Source: Takakia lepidozioides
Taxonomy: Eukaryota; Plantae; Bryophyta
NCBI GenBank assembly: GCA_030704615.1
Contig: CM060733.1
Span: 25,358,001 to 25,422,000 of the forward strand
DNA: 64,000 nt
Direction: 5' to 3'
Shown: positions 47,949 through 62,900 of the stretch, piece after piece
Position numbering within the stretch: position 1 is the first letter of the stretch
How the letters are laid out: the number at the start of each line of letters is the position of its first letter
Notes under the pieces: model-generated
The model's database searches: none
Seen by the model: only the letters and a program-made list of their open reading frames with translations
What the model was told of the DNA's origin: nothing
Program-made: the position numbers and the translations under genes

Positions 47949-50900
47949 ATGAGTTCCCCTAAGATGCGTGCAAGGCTGAAGAATCGTTCACGTGCACGTG
48001 CACAAGAAAACCGTCCAAAAGAGGACCCTGTGATATACCAATTCCCTCCTCTGTAAGATTTCCTTCTTCCATCCATGACTGTCACACTTTTATAGGTGAC
48101 CATCAGCCACCAACTTACCACAACACTGGGTCATGTGGTCCTCTTAACTTAAGGGTTCTTGCTCAGCATTGGTCTGGGAGTGATCTACTCATTGGCTTTT
48201 GGCCTGAAAGAAGCAGGAAAGAAAAGAAATGAAATGAAATGGTACTTTATAAGGTCCGCGGAAAGCTCAAAGAAACAAACAAACTTCCACCGGGGCCTGA
48301 GGCTTTGCCATGTTCAACTTGCCCAAGTTGAAGGGCGAGGATGTGGAAGAAAAAGGAGCAGGGGAGAAACTTTAGCAGCTAAGGCTCCTCCAGTAGCAAG
48401 AGTTAACATATAACTGGAAATGACCGTGAAGGTCTTATGGTTTCCACAATAATACAGTGTGATCCTCCCACCTATTAAGGCACCTGAAGGAGCCTGCACA
48501 TCAACCAAGTTATCAGCCCAAACTGAATTGACAGTCTTAATTGCTTTATGATGAAATTGAGATAGGAGGCGAAATTATCTCTGACTTTGATAGACAAAGG
48601 GAAGTTTGAGGCTAGGTGTGTTCTCGAGAATTTGAAATAAGCATGGCATCTGACTTGTCCTGCTGGGAATTTGGGTTTGTCACTGCAGGCATATCTTTGG
48701 ATTCTCTGGAATAAGAGGGAGACTTTCACAGCTGGCTTGTCTGGATAGAGATAGTGTTGTTTACGCCATAGGTTGCGGTCTCTATTGCTACAGGTGTGCT
48801 TGCGCTTGAGCACCATACCTCAGGGTCCTGGGTCGATCAATTTCGAGTCTGCTTCTCTGAGTACATAGTTTCCATGCAGTGCCCTTGTTTCAAAAGTAAA
48901 CTGTGTAGTTTCGTGCTCTGCCTGACTTCTCTCCTCTCATCCACTTTCAGGCAAGTCAGCTGACACGTCATGTATGTCTCCCTTTCTTTTGCAGGCACCC
49001 TAGTTCGGTGCCACTAGTGCGGCCCGAAAAACCTTTAGAGGTAAGGATGATCTCAACAATAGGAGATCTGCTGTATATAACCGTACATAGAAGGGAAAGG
49101 TCTTAAACCAAGAAAAAGGGGGCTTTTGAGGGCACTTTCCGTCAATGCTGCACTAAAGGAGAACAATTGGTCATACGTTATAATCATTTTACTGTTATGA
49201 TGCAGAAAATCTTAGCTCTGGTGGGGTCTTCAACTGGGCATCATGTGGCCTCTTGTGAGTCCTTAAAGTTGGGGCCAGGCCAGGTAATTGTTTCTATTAT
49301 GTTTTCAAGTGAATAATGCCAACCATGCTACAACTTTAAAATCCATTTAGCTTTCAGTGCTCAAGGACAGCATGTCTGTGTGCTCCAGAACAGCCAATGT
49401 GGCTGTTTCAGGCCAAGTTTGGCATAGCGCCCTTCAGCTCTTGACGTGATGAGGGTGGGGTCAGTTGAGTCACATGCCTAATACAAGGTATCCTAAGATG
49501 ATCGACTCTATTTCTTGGAAGGGAGACCATCCTGTTACACAGGCTAAGTCCTAGGAGAAACAGGTAGAGTAGATTTTCAAGTACCTGAATATTAGGCAGT
49601 AAGAACTGACCATGCTAGATGAAGCTGACTTGGAGGCTGAAGTGTCTAAGGCCATGTCGGAAGCACAAAGAATGTCCAAATACAACAAAGTCAGGCATAA
49701 AACTTCCCTGAACTTGTTTCCAGTTTGTGACATGGGTGAGGACCTTAAGGATGAGCTGTAGGGCCTACCTATCCTCGGCACTAGACTGTAATTTAAACTC
49801 AGGAAGGGGAGTCTACTTTTGAACAAAAAACTACTGGAACGAGCCCCTCAAAAAGCCTCTTGTTCCACCCGGACTGGGCATGGGGTCTATGGCCACAAGG
49901 CTACAGCAAACAACGATAAGAATCAACTGTGGTTGGAAGTCTAGCAATTCACATAGTGGCCTCCATTCTGTCGCTTTTATGCGTGCCAGATTTTATGCAC
50001 AATATCCATTACCCATTTTCTGTACATTTGGAGAGTTTTTACAGTGAGGTCTTAACACATATGGGAACTCGTCAAATAACTTTCAAACTCATTCAACTCA
50101 TACCAATTGGATGACTGAATGATCCATTTCATCTTCAAAGGCATTTTGTGAAAGGAATGCAGGTGTCAGTTTATGATGTCCGGGGACCCAGGAAGGTGCA
50201 GACCTTTGTTACTAGGGGTGGTGGAGGTAATTTGTGTGCATAGAGCTTTTCAGTCTTCATCCAACCTGTAATAGCTCTGATTTTTTGACAATTTGTCTTT
50301 GGATGGGCTCTATCATCATTTGACATTGTGGTGATGCTTGGAGATTTTAGTAGTTGGAGGAGAAACTGTGACAGTGAATTCAGATTAGTCCACTATTCCC
50401 AGTCATCAAAGTGTTAGGAGATCCTAAAACCTAAAGAAAGCTTATGCTTGTAGTGTTGCATCTAAGGTTGAAATGTGTGTTTCTGCAGATATTGAGGCGT
50501 GTGCATTCTCGAAAGACGAAAAGCAAATTGTGGGGGCTTGTAATGGTGGAAATGGGTCGGTGCTCTACTGCTGGGATGTCGATCTGCCTAAGGCAAGACA
50601 CACCCAATCTTGGGTCCCCTCTCTTGATATTTCTGTATCTGCCAGCTCACTTTTTGTTTGTGATAGAAGGAGACCACCCTAGATTGAACTGCATAGTTGA
50701 AAATTCATCATCAGAAGAAGTACATCCACCATCTGCTAAAGGTAAGGATCCAAATAGGGACAGTGACCAGAGGTACATCCCCAGTGCAGTCTAAGCAGAG
50801 CAGACATTCACAGTGAACCAACCTGCAAAGGAAAACAAGGCTACTGAAGAAGCATAAGGCAGAGTTCTAACCCAAGGGATCATTGACATGCACCTGCAAC

Positions 50901-53900
50901 GACCCTGCCTAGAGGTAAACACCCCAGGATGAAAATTGGCAAGACATGCCAAGCCCAAGAGGCCCAAAAGCAAGGGCCCAGGGATATCCCCAGGAATAGC
51001 AAGGCCCTAGGAATATCCCCATCCTATGCAGAGCGACCGAAAACCTAAACACAGTTCAAGACAATCCCAAGGGTGACCCTGAAGAAACCAGGAATCCCAT
51101 CCTCTAAAGTCTGTACATTCCAGCCACACACTTACGTAAGTTTCTGAACCTGCCATTTCACTATTTAAGTCACCATCCGCTTCTGAAGCTGGCACTTTAC
51201 AACCATGCATCCTTCTCTTGAACTGGAAATCAAGCATGCCTCTGTGAGGCTGGCTTGCTACTAGGAAATGGCCTTAAGGAACATGAACAGGGATGAGCTT
51301 GATGGGCCCTGAGTGAAGCAACCTGGTCACCTATATGGAAGATTGGTTGGCCCCAGTAAGCTTAGAATTTCTTGCAGGAATTGAAACTGCCTTCAAGGAA
51401 ACAGTGAGGCTACAAATTTGGCAAATTACTTTTGTGGAAACAATGACTTACTGAATGCTCTGTCAAGTCCTTAGGGACTAGCATCTTTGCTGGGTGTGAT
51501 ATTAGGCATAGCTCATGACCGGTGGTGTACAACCTGCACCAAGTTCAGCTGGTGGCACTTGGCCATTGAATATGATGTTTTTTCAGTTGGAATGGTTATC
51601 ACACAGGAAATATGCACCATGGTGTTTCCACATGTAATAACGCGTGTTTCGGTTAACCCCAAGGATAATGAGGAGTTTGTTACCAGTGGTATGTATCCTC
51701 TGGGCAGCTGTTGTCTCTTTTGTCTTTGGAAAATAATCACAAGTTAGGGGGAAGGATTTACCTTCCAGGAAGTGGAGCTACACATGGAAATTTCACCTGC
51801 TAATGCCAATTGCCAATTCTCAGATTTTCTCAGTTTCTACAGAATACCTTCTGGCCCACCGTCCAAATTTCAATCCGGATAGGCACAAAATGAGAACATT
51901 CTAGGCAAGGTCTCATGTAAAGTCATGCCACTACAGTGTGTCTCAGCTCTTCTCTACATCCTACCCGATAACTGCCCTTTCAGCAGCTTCGAGAACAATC
52001 AAATGAATGCTGGACCTTTCAACATCAACATGTGAAGCCTAGGATCCTTACATCTTACACTGGTTAAGCCAAAGATTACACAAGCTTTGCTCCTCTGTCT
52101 CTGAAGTGTTTTCTTACTCACTTAACTGGGCATGATCCTGGTCAATGGTTGCTGGACCCTTTTTCCCTCAGACATTTTCCCTCAGACATTTTTTTCAATC
52201 CATCTGGTAGTGTATGTGGAGGGCTCCCTTACAGTTTGAAGTTGGTTGCAGAAAATCATACTGGTTGATGCTGATTTTTCCTTTCTTGTTCTTCTTCCTG
52301 TCCTCCGAAAGTCCCTGCAAATTCGAGCCTCCTCCAGGCAACAAACACTGTTTCTACTAGTGCAGGTCCAACACACTTCAAGTTTTGGAGTAGAAAAGAG
52401 GATGCAAACAACGATATCACAGTGGAAGGATTGCATGGACAAGATGGTTCTAAAGTCACATTCACAGACCATATCTGGCTGATTGACAATAGCATTGCAG
52501 TTGCAACTGCGGATGGCATTATCTTCGTTGTGAGCGAAAGCATGGTCAAACAGGTGTGTTTTGCCTTGCCACTCACAATATGTAACTGCTGTCCATCATA
52601 TGATGAGCCCCCATGGAGTGTCTTTTGAGTGAAGTTTTATTTACAAAGCTTCCCACCTTCGACTTTTGAACAGCACATGGATGTTAATCATCTTATGAAT
52701 GTGGTAGCAACAGCCATCTCAGAACGATGATTTCTCCAATACCCATACCCGACCTCTGTATAGTTGAGAATCTGAAGCATGTTTGCTGTTGGCTGGATTT
52801 TCATGGACAGAGATTGCTTGACACTGGGAATACGTTGTGTCTGGCTGCCACACCACGGGGTTTTTATACAGGCAGACAAGATGGATTGATCACCGAATTT
52901 ACTGGTTTCGATCTTGTCTCACGCAACAAGATGGTCAGTAAATGTTGTACTTCCCCAATAAGATAGCACTAGCAGACTTTTCTGCAGGCTTTACCCTTCA
53001 TTATATCTCCAGCCAATTTTAGTCAGTTTGTGACTCTCTCGAAAAATCAACCTGATAATTTGTCTCCTTAGTTCAAAAAAAAGGAGGTTCTTAACTCTGT
53101 TAGAATGACTCCTATTTCAATGAGGAGTACCACTTGCATGCTTTCGGCAAAGGGAGAAAGACACTTAGGTGGCCAAGTAAAAGGAGGAGAAATTCCTGCT
53201 TGATGGTCACAATTGTGGAAGTGGGTTTAATCAGATTCTGCTTGTAATGGGTGGTTGATTTTTTCAGGACAGCAGCAAGGATGCATACTCTGATGTTGTG
53301 AGCACCTCTGTGGCAAGGTCTCTTCCTTTTCCTTTCTTTCTAATTACCTGTCTGGCCACAAGGCTACGGCAAACAACGTCTTATGAGTACAATCTAATTA
53401 CCTGTCTGCAGCCCTATCTCCCTCTCTTCTAAGGGCATTGGAGATTTCAGGGTGGGCTCCGACAGTCTGCGGATAGAGACTGGTAGGTGCAATGTTGCGT
53501 TGGGAACTACAGGGAAACTGAAAGTGAAGAACATTTATTCTTTCACTGCCCATTATACTATGACATCCCTGGGAGATTCAACCTTCTGTTCCAGGATAAG
53601 GAGGTCTTTCATTACGAGGATCAGAAATGCTTGGCAGCTTACCTGCATGAAGCATGGACTCTTAGACAATCCTTTGAGCTTTAGTTGCTTCTGGGCTGTT
53701 TGTGGCCCCTCTCTCTTCTTGTTTCTTTCTTCTTGCTTTTGGGCTGCTTTATGGCTCTGGTTTTGTCTCCTCCCTCTTGTTTTTTCCCTATTCATCCGAT
53801 AAGCTCTTTGAGCTGTCCGTGGACGTTGTAAAGTACCATTTCATTTCATTTCATTTCTCCTCTTGTCCCATAAGCTCTTTGAGCTTCTTGCAGACGTTAT

Positions 53901-56900
53901 AAAGTACCATTTCTTTCCTGCCGTCTTAATCGTTTTTGTTTATACTGTGTAGCATCTCTCCGTTCTTGAGAAGACTGAGCGAAGGCCTTCATGAAACATC
54001 TTGGCAAAATTGAACAAGAACACTCTGAAATGAAAGACCACCAAAAGTTCACTAGCCCACCCGAAGTGCTGATGGACCAAGACCAATGAATCCTTCTAGA
54101 CTGAGTTAGCAAACTTCCTTGCAGATGAACATGCATATTAGAGACCTGATCCTAATTCTGGACGAAAAATCAACAGAAAACTTCCTTCTAGTTGAACCAA
54201 CCCCAGATTCTTGTATCCTTCCAGTAACAGATCACTTACTTTCTGTAGAGTGGTCCTGAAAATTCTAGGGAGAGAATTGGAATTCTCTTGGGCTTGAGTA
54301 TAGGAAGCAGTCTCAACGTCTCTGTTCTCAGACACATTTCACGCAGGGAAACTCTTCATTGTTCAAATGAAATTCCATAAGTTAGAGTGTCTATCTGTGC
54401 ACCATGACTTCAGTTGAAGGGGGATTATTGGAAGCATGAAATTACCTTCAAACGCTGGATGATGGAAGTGCAGAGACTTAGCACCAATCTCAACAATTGT
54501 GGTGGCACCCGATGCGGACCAAGTGATCTTCATTGTGGAGGCAAGTAGAGCAGCCTCCAAACTCAGCTTGAAATGGGTTATCAGTCAGAAACAATTGTAT
54601 GTGTGACTTAGAGTGCAGTCTTGAAGATCAGGTCAAACCCATCGTACATCAATAGTTGCTGATTTATACATGTCCTGTGCAGTTAATTGCTTAAACTCCT
54701 TTGGCCAGCAAGCTTTATTCACCAGTTTGTCTACTAATTCAAGAGACTTCAGCTGGTTCTTGGTCCTTCAAAAGCTTAAGGAAAGAATACCAGCTGTTTT
54801 AGATGCAAATGAGGGAGCAATTCGAAAGGATGTTTATGTGAGTACCCAAATGAGTTCCAGCTCCTGCTCATCTTCATGTCAGTAATTTGTCCTTTATTGG
54901 ATAGTCCCCCAAATCATGCCTTATCTATCACCATTGATCATTCCCTCCTACTCCAGGGACAGGCCGGAATGAAAAGAGAAAGAGCCAGAAGTGTGAGAAG
55001 GGGCCAGTAATTACAGCTATCCAGGCCATAAGGTGATATTTAATACACTGAGGTTGGGATTTGTCAAGGTCCAATCAAGCCATCCGTTTGACAATGCAGG
55101 GTGAAAATGTTGTGCGACTCGACCTGGGAAAACATGTCGCCAGTGATTTGACTTTACGTTCCCGAATGTCAGGTACTTACTACATTTTGCTTCCAAGTTG
55201 TGTGTGGAAGGCAATTGGAGTCTTTTCAATCTCAGATTTGATCAAAACGTATGCAGTTTGTTTTTTGACCCTGAACTGTTTGGAATTAGCAGTGTTTACT
55301 GTGGGTGCTTTGACGGATATGGATGTATGCCTGCATCGAATGCTCATTGTGACATGTGGTAAGGACAATGTAGTGCGCCTTTGGAGCTACGCTCAACTAA
55401 TTTGTGAGATGTCGCACACGTAAGTTGGAACTTGGGACATGGGACCCTTATGTCGTGAGTTATCATAAGCCTTCAGTAGATACATGAGAATGCATGTCAG
55501 GCAGGAGGATTTGAATAATGGAAGGCGGTTCATATAGACGGACTAGAGAAAGGCAGGAGCAGTATTGCAATGTAAAGTTGGCCTCAAGTGGGAAGCAAAT
55601 CTTTGTGTGCTGGCAAGAATGACCTTGTGAAGATCCGAACTGTTGGGTTCGGTGCTGTATCAATGTCAACAATAGGGAAAATTTTTGTTGCCTTTATTAA
55701 GAACACCTACTACAACAGATAACTCATATAAGGAGCTATTCACACTGTTTCTCTTTGCCAAACTGGAGGAGTTATAAGAAGCCAGCTACTTGTTGTTGGC
55801 ATATGGCTGCAGCTTTGATGAGGAACCACTTAGTGTGGCAATCAGCTGCTATCTGATGCTGGTGGGATTTATGCACTGCGTAAAAGTTTATCGCCTTCTG
55901 GCAGACAAGTAGGTGTTCCTTTTCTATTCTTATAAATGGTTTCCATGTAGTCAACTCTCCCTCTCCCTACTTGAAAACTTACTGACTGGGACACCAATTG
56001 AACTTAGTGATGCACCTCTTCTGGCTCCCAAATTAAGATAGGTGCAAGTAGTACTAGCCAAAACAGTGCAGATGTTGATCCGATCTTTGACACTTACACT
56101 TCACTGCAAACTTTGAAGCCATGTTTTTAAGTGCTCCTCAACCAACAATAATTTTTACTTTGTTAGCCTTAGCTATGGAAAATCTCCATTTCACAAATCA
56201 GATTTTCCATGGATGTGGTCAAGATTCGTGGGATGGAAGTCTGCTCAAGTTGGACTGTATGTATTGTTGCATCTGCAATGTCTAAAAGAATGTACTATAT
56301 CCAAAAGAGAGTTTAGCAAAGAATAGTAAATGTGATGCAGGATTGTACTCATTGACGAAATATCCTTGAAGGGGGTTAGTCAAATGAGGTGGAGTCCTAG
56401 TGGGCACTTGGTGGCAATGGCCACTGGAAGAGACGTCGTCTTGTTCTCATCCTCCACATGGAAGATTATTACTATGTTAAAGGTCTACTCCCCTTTTCTT
56501 TGCTGGGACTTTCTCTTCTTAAATACTTATTGAATTCTGGTCTATTTGCATTTGAAATTTGTGGTAGAACATTTCCACAATTTGTGGGGTAAATCAAAGA
56601 AGCCAGGGTTAAGAATTCAGTGGTTCAGACGAATTAGGATTACTGAACCATGTCCATCCAACCCCTTGCTCTCTTTTCATAGAAGACTCTAGCACATTTT
56701 AAGAGGGCAATCCTGATAAGCTCCTAAAATCCTTGGGGAAATTCTTGAGAATGTATTGTATATGAGTAGTTCCTCCTAGGCTCTCGAGTCCAAAGCTTTC
56801 ACAGTAGTTGCCCATCGGTAGACCACATCTGTGACTTTTTCAGATGTTCACTGCCTTGTGTGTAAACCAGGGTGTTTGCTTGACTTTTGAAGTCATGCAG

Positions 56901-59900
56901 AATGAATGGTGCGTCCACAATTCACACATCTTTGAAGAACTGAACGACAAATCTTTTTTTCCCCCATTAAGTAACAAGTGGAGTTTGACCTATCAAAAGC
57001 TTATGAGATCACCACGTCTCGATGTGGTAGCAGAGATGGAGTGTTTCCATTGAAACCTAGATCTTGATTTTGTCTTCCTCTCAGTTGAAGGACAATCAGG
57101 GGAAGTGAAAAATAATTGGGAAAAACACCAAATGATATTTCTTTCCTTCAACATTGTTGGGCATCCATGAAACAGGGATCATATCTGTAAATGCTGCTGG
57201 AGCTTTGCAAATTTCAGGTAGCTGGCCTGTTATGCTTAAACCAACACAGGCCAGTACAGGCTCTCGCTATATCTTTTAGGAATATCATTGGTGTAGATTA
57301 ACCACTCCAAATGGGTACCAAGCAAGTTCTCCAAAAATTCCAGACTACCAAAGGATGAACTTGCTATGGGGGAAGAGGTGAGGATAGAGGTAAGGAATGA
57401 TTTCATTCAGAGCTCATTTATTCACATTCTCTCTTTGTGGTGACCCTACTTCTGTGCTTCTAAAATTGACCAGCTGTTATTAAGGCACACAATATATTTT
57501 TGGGTTGACGCTGTTGTCGACTTGTCAGGGGAGTGGGCACTGAATTGGAGACTGAACGGAGCAGCACTAGCCCACCGAAAGTTAACGACTATGCAATGAC
57601 GTTAATAAGAGCTGGCCAATTTTAAAAGTACAGAAGTACGGTCACCACAAATGTTCTGTATTTGGACCTCTCCATTCCAATAACATCAATATAAAACAAA
57701 ATCGCGGAAAAGTCAAGTTTCTGGCTCTGCCAAGAGGGAAGAGAGAAGTACCGATAAATGAAATCTGGCATGTTTCTTTCTTTTGGTGCTTCCTCTGGAG
57801 AGCTCATGCAAAACATGCTTGTGCTCAATAAAACTCACTGCGAAGTCTGGTGGTTGGGTCCTTGTCTTGGCTACATACAACACAGGGTCACATGGGTGTG
57901 GTCACTTCACTTGCATGGTCTGCCGATTCTATTTACCTCTCATCAGCGGGCATCGATGGAGCCGTCTACAGCTGGTTTATGGACGGCTTCCATCGTTACT
58001 CAGAATGTGTGATAAAGGGCTTCCAGTACTCCTGCATTCTGTATCACCCAAACCGAAGATATATCTATGCGTGCGGGACCAACATACCTGTGCTGGCAAT
58101 TGACACTGACAAGAAACTTGAGTCCCAACATGTCGTACATGAGGAGAGATCAGATGAAAAAACTCTGGTGGAGATGGGTTATGCCAGCTCTGACGAGGAG
58201 GAGCCTACTGGGTCTAGCTGGGAGCACCATGTATTCAGGTTCTTAACCAATTGACTGAAGTTTTGTGTTTCCTACTCAGACAGAGACTATGTGGTGAAGG
58301 CTAGGGCATGTTTTGTTGCATTAGTTTCATTGGCTCTTGGACGCCAGGAATGTCTAACATCAGCTTTGGTTACTTGGTGAATTGACAGGGGTTCTGTTAC
58401 ATCTGAAATGAAACCAAAGGGTGTGACACAAATTGCAGGAATGTTTGGAAGGAAGCTGCTTATTGCAACAAATGAGGCAGGAGAGATGTTTGTGTATGCA
58501 CTACCGCTTGCAACAAATGAGATGATCCCTCTCTGGAAGAAGCCCATTAATGCAGGTACTTGCTCTATGCACACCACAAATAGAAAGTTGACTTCCAAGG
58601 AATCATGCCTGATACGTCCATGGAGACTTATGCTTTTGTGCAACTCCAGTGAGACCTCAAGAAAAGGTCATAGATGCATGATCTTATATTATCAGAGTTA
58701 AAACAATCAGCTTGTTACTCACCTGAAGAGGTGCTACAAAGCAGGGGACACATACATAAAGAAGTTGTCATCGAATACTTCTTTTATATCTTCTCATGAT
58801 GGCTGCTTTGCTGGTTGGCCTTGTTAGGTAGAATCACTGGCTTATTTGTGGATGAGAGACACAACTTAGTATTAATGGCATCAGCACAAGGCTCCATCAT
58901 TATGTCAACCATCAAGACAATACCCTTTACTGACGATCCTGATCCTCCTAGTCCGCAAGGGTTACTGCGTGTTGATGAAAATGACCCTGTGAATATCCTT
59001 TTGATGAGATGGCCTGAGGTAAAGGAGGTTAAACGAGCATCCCAGGTGCTAGTCCACCTCCTTCCACCAAGTTGGATGAACTTCATTTATAATCGATTTA
59101 ACATGTATCTGCAGACATGTGTTTCTGATGTCTGTGTTCATATATTATGCATCTCTAGGAAATTCATTGCTGTGCTACAACTTTGGTCATATCAATGCTT
59201 TCTTTCTTTCTTTCTTTCTTGCCTTCACCCTTAGACAATCCCTCGAGCAGTAGTTTTCTTTTTGCTCTGCTTTTGTTTTCTCTCTCATGTTTTTTCCCAT
59301 TTTGTCCCATTTTGTCCCATAAGCTCTTTGAGCTTTCCGCGGACGTTATAAAGTACCATTTGGTTTCATTCCATCTCATTTCTTTCCCTTAGACAAGCCC
59401 TCGAGCAGTAGTTGCATTTGGGCTGTTTTCTGGCTCTGGTTTTGTTTCCTCTCTCATGTTTTTTTTCCATTTTGTGCCATAAGCTCTTTGAGCTTTCCAC
59501 GGACGTTATAAAGTACCATTTCATTTCTTTTATTTTCTTTCTGCTGATGTTCCCCCTCTTTGGATCTTCAACTTACTCTTTGGGAGGATCATGACTCCTG
59601 AATTATATTTAGAAACAAAGGAGGAGATCAGCATCTATTTCAATTTCTAGCCATTGGTGCCTCAAGAGCTTATGGGTGAGAGCGTCTAATAAACAAAGAA
59701 ACACCCCACAAGAAAAATCCAGGCCTATATCACTGCTCAACAACTGGATGCATCATGAGTGGCTAAACCTAAGTGTACCCTTCCAACCAGGCAACCCTGC
59801 TAGTCTCTCACTACTGAACGGGTGGAAGACCAGGAACCAATCTAACCTTGTCAGATTAGCAATCAAGTCAAAAGATGCACCAGGACAACACATGCATGAT

Positions 59901-62900
59901 GATATTCTCCCCAACCAAGTAACTAGAAAGGTGCAATCCATCAGCACCCAACCGGGGTAGGGCCAAAATAACATCCCTTATATTACCTTTAGTATCTCAA
60001 CTGTGAGATTGTTGACCCTCATGATTGATCAGATGTCTTTGAACACCTCTAAGAGCTACACTTTGGACGAGGCGGAGCTCGGGTTCATGGCTTCTTTGGG
60101 GTGCTTGGAGGAATTTTTCTGTCTTTGTTTCCTTCCCCATCTTTTAGGCATCTTACTTTAGCACTCATTGTCTGTCCAGGCTTGTGTTCCTGTTGTGTGT
60201 TTTGTCATCCGGATTGGAGTGCTGTCATTTCTGCCGCTTCGCTCATTCGTTTTGCTTTTTGTGTCGCCGGAGCTGGTTAGACTGGTCACTCTTCCCTCAT
60301 TGGCCTGCACTAAGAGTGACTCTCCACTCGGTAGCATTTCCGTCATACAATCCTTGGCTTTTGGTAAGTGGCACCTGATAAGTCATGTGCTTGATTATGC
60401 TCTCTCTGAGCCCCTTCCCTTTCATCTTTGTCTGTCAATTTTATGTTGTAAGGGGATAGGGGTGTGGCTCTGGATTCGAGTAATAGAAAGAGCAAGCACA
60501 AATATGTGCTGGGGACCTGCAAGTTGATACATCAAACTGTGTGTGCAATGACGTCTTGCCCAAGTTGGCATCTCTCTTTCAGGAATTCACACTGCAACTT
60601 AAAAAGGAACATGAGGAGATGCTATACAAGGCACACATCAAGGATCAAGACAGGGCCCTAGCAATGAAAGAAAAAGATGAGTTACAAATGAAGCTCCAGA
60701 ATGAACTTGGACTTAAGATTCGACTGTTGGAGCAGCGTATTCGGATGGCAGAAAGCAACAAAGAGACCACTATCCAGAGCCTGTTGGATTCTCAAGAATC
60801 CAATCTGAAGGAGATGAATGAACAGTATGAAATGAAGGTGCAATGACTTTGGAGATCTTTTAGTTGGAACTTTAGACTTGTGACGCATGCACATTTTCTT
60901 CATGCCCAGGTTTTAATCTTCTTTTCTTCCTTTAATCTGCTGTTTTCTTTCAGATATACCTCCTCAATCTGCTTTTAAGAAAATATGACACTTGTGGGGA
61001 TCAATATGTCAAACCATGGTGCTTTCATAATATGATTGACCTGGATTTTGAGTTACTTTTAGGATGAAGGAGGTAAAGGAAGTGAAACAAAATGGAACTT
61101 TAGAAAAGGAAGAGAAGACAAAGATATGACGTAACAGGTGCTCATGGAGAGACAGAATCTTGTCTCCAATGTGTCCTCCAGTGAGCACTCACCTAAGAAT
61201 CTTGGATACAAAATAAGCTCAAAATGTCACATTGGTGTCATCAATCAGTGTTGGTATTGGAACCACGTGACCCCGAGGAGTCTAAACCTGGGGCAGATTG
61301 CTATCTGGGAATGTGCGCTCCAGTGTGTAAGAGCTTAGCGTTTCTGAACGCTTATTAATTGAGAAGTGGGTGTAAGATATTGAGTTGTACAAGAATTGTG
61401 AGTAGCTGAGTTTTGATTGAATAGCCAAACAGGGTAATAAGTTTTAATAACGTTATTGGGTGCAGATTCTGAAAGAGGCAAAAAGGGCACACATAGTAAG
61501 AAGGCAGGCAGAGAAAGAAAGGGATTCTATAGGAAGTTTGATGATGGAGAGGCACCGGGCCTTCATCCTAAAGATGGAAAGGCTGGAAATGCGATTGGAA
61601 GGTGCACAAGCAGCAGCTGACATGAAAGTACGCAGAGTGGAAGAGGTCTGCAATAAAGAAGTGGAGAAGTACAAGGTCTTTCTTCTTTTTCCTGCTCTCT
61701 GGAGCTGACTTCTTGTCGTTCAGTAGTATATCTGCAGAATTTACTCATGCAACCAACTGGAATTTCTAATACTCTTTATATTCTTGTACATGTGGGGACA
61801 GGAAAGCTATGCCATGGAAACAATGATTAATGACGAGGAGTTGGAGCGTTCTTTAAAACGACTGACAGAGGAGCTTTTAGCTGAACGGCAACGAGCTGAC
61901 CGGGCATTTGGACAGGTGTCGTATGAGAAGAATTGTTACATGAACTACCAAGCCAAGATTGGCAAGATGGAGGAGGAAGAAAAGCAAATTGATGCCAAAA
62001 TGAAAGAAATGCTCCAGGCAATGTTCTTTTCTATATTCAAGCTACCGTTGATACATGCATGGTACTGTAATTGGGGAGGAAATGTCTCATGGTGGCCATG
62101 CATCATGTAGGCCAACAAGACTCTTACTATGTCTAGTCTATTGATATTCTGAAGTGACCTTGTGCAACTGGACTGGTGCTACCTTCAACAGCTGGTAACC
62201 TGAAGGGGTGCTAAATGTTCGCTGTGACAGTAGGTCAGTAGGCATGTAAGACACAGTCCTCTTTGTTTGTCGCACTAGGTGCTACTTCCACGATGGAGTG
62301 CGAACCTTAGCTATGAAACCCACCTGGTAGATACACTTGTATCTGGACGTTGGGATTTCCTTAGGAAAGCTCTGTGCTGTAGTAGGAAACAGAGAAGAGG
62401 CAATTTCGGCTGGGATACGAAACTTGTCTGTAGGAAAAGAAATGAGGAAATGAGCAAGGGAGGGAGTTTTACGCTGTTACAAATCATGTCTCTGAACACT
62501 ATAACTCATATGGTGATAACGCGCAACCATGACCCAGGAGAACCTGAAATTGAAGAAGCTACTGCTCGAGGTGGACTATCAACGTGCATCTGCAAAGCAA
62601 TTGCTCTTGGAGACAGACAAAAAGAGTGAGTCCTTGTTGCAGAAAAACAAGGAGCAAGAGAACATGCGTTTGGTTTACGACTTCAAGATTCAGCAGGTTC
62701 ATAGATCGTTAATTCTATCGTGAGAATAGTTTGTCTTTGGCATACTTCATCATCACAGTTGTCATTTAATTACTCTTATACAGGTCCACAATCTTTCCGT
62801 AGGCACTAGGTGCTCTGGATCTGACAGTTACCAGTATTGCACCAGGTGAGGATAGAAAATTTGATGTATGGCAGTGCTTTTACAAGCCATTGGTCAAATA

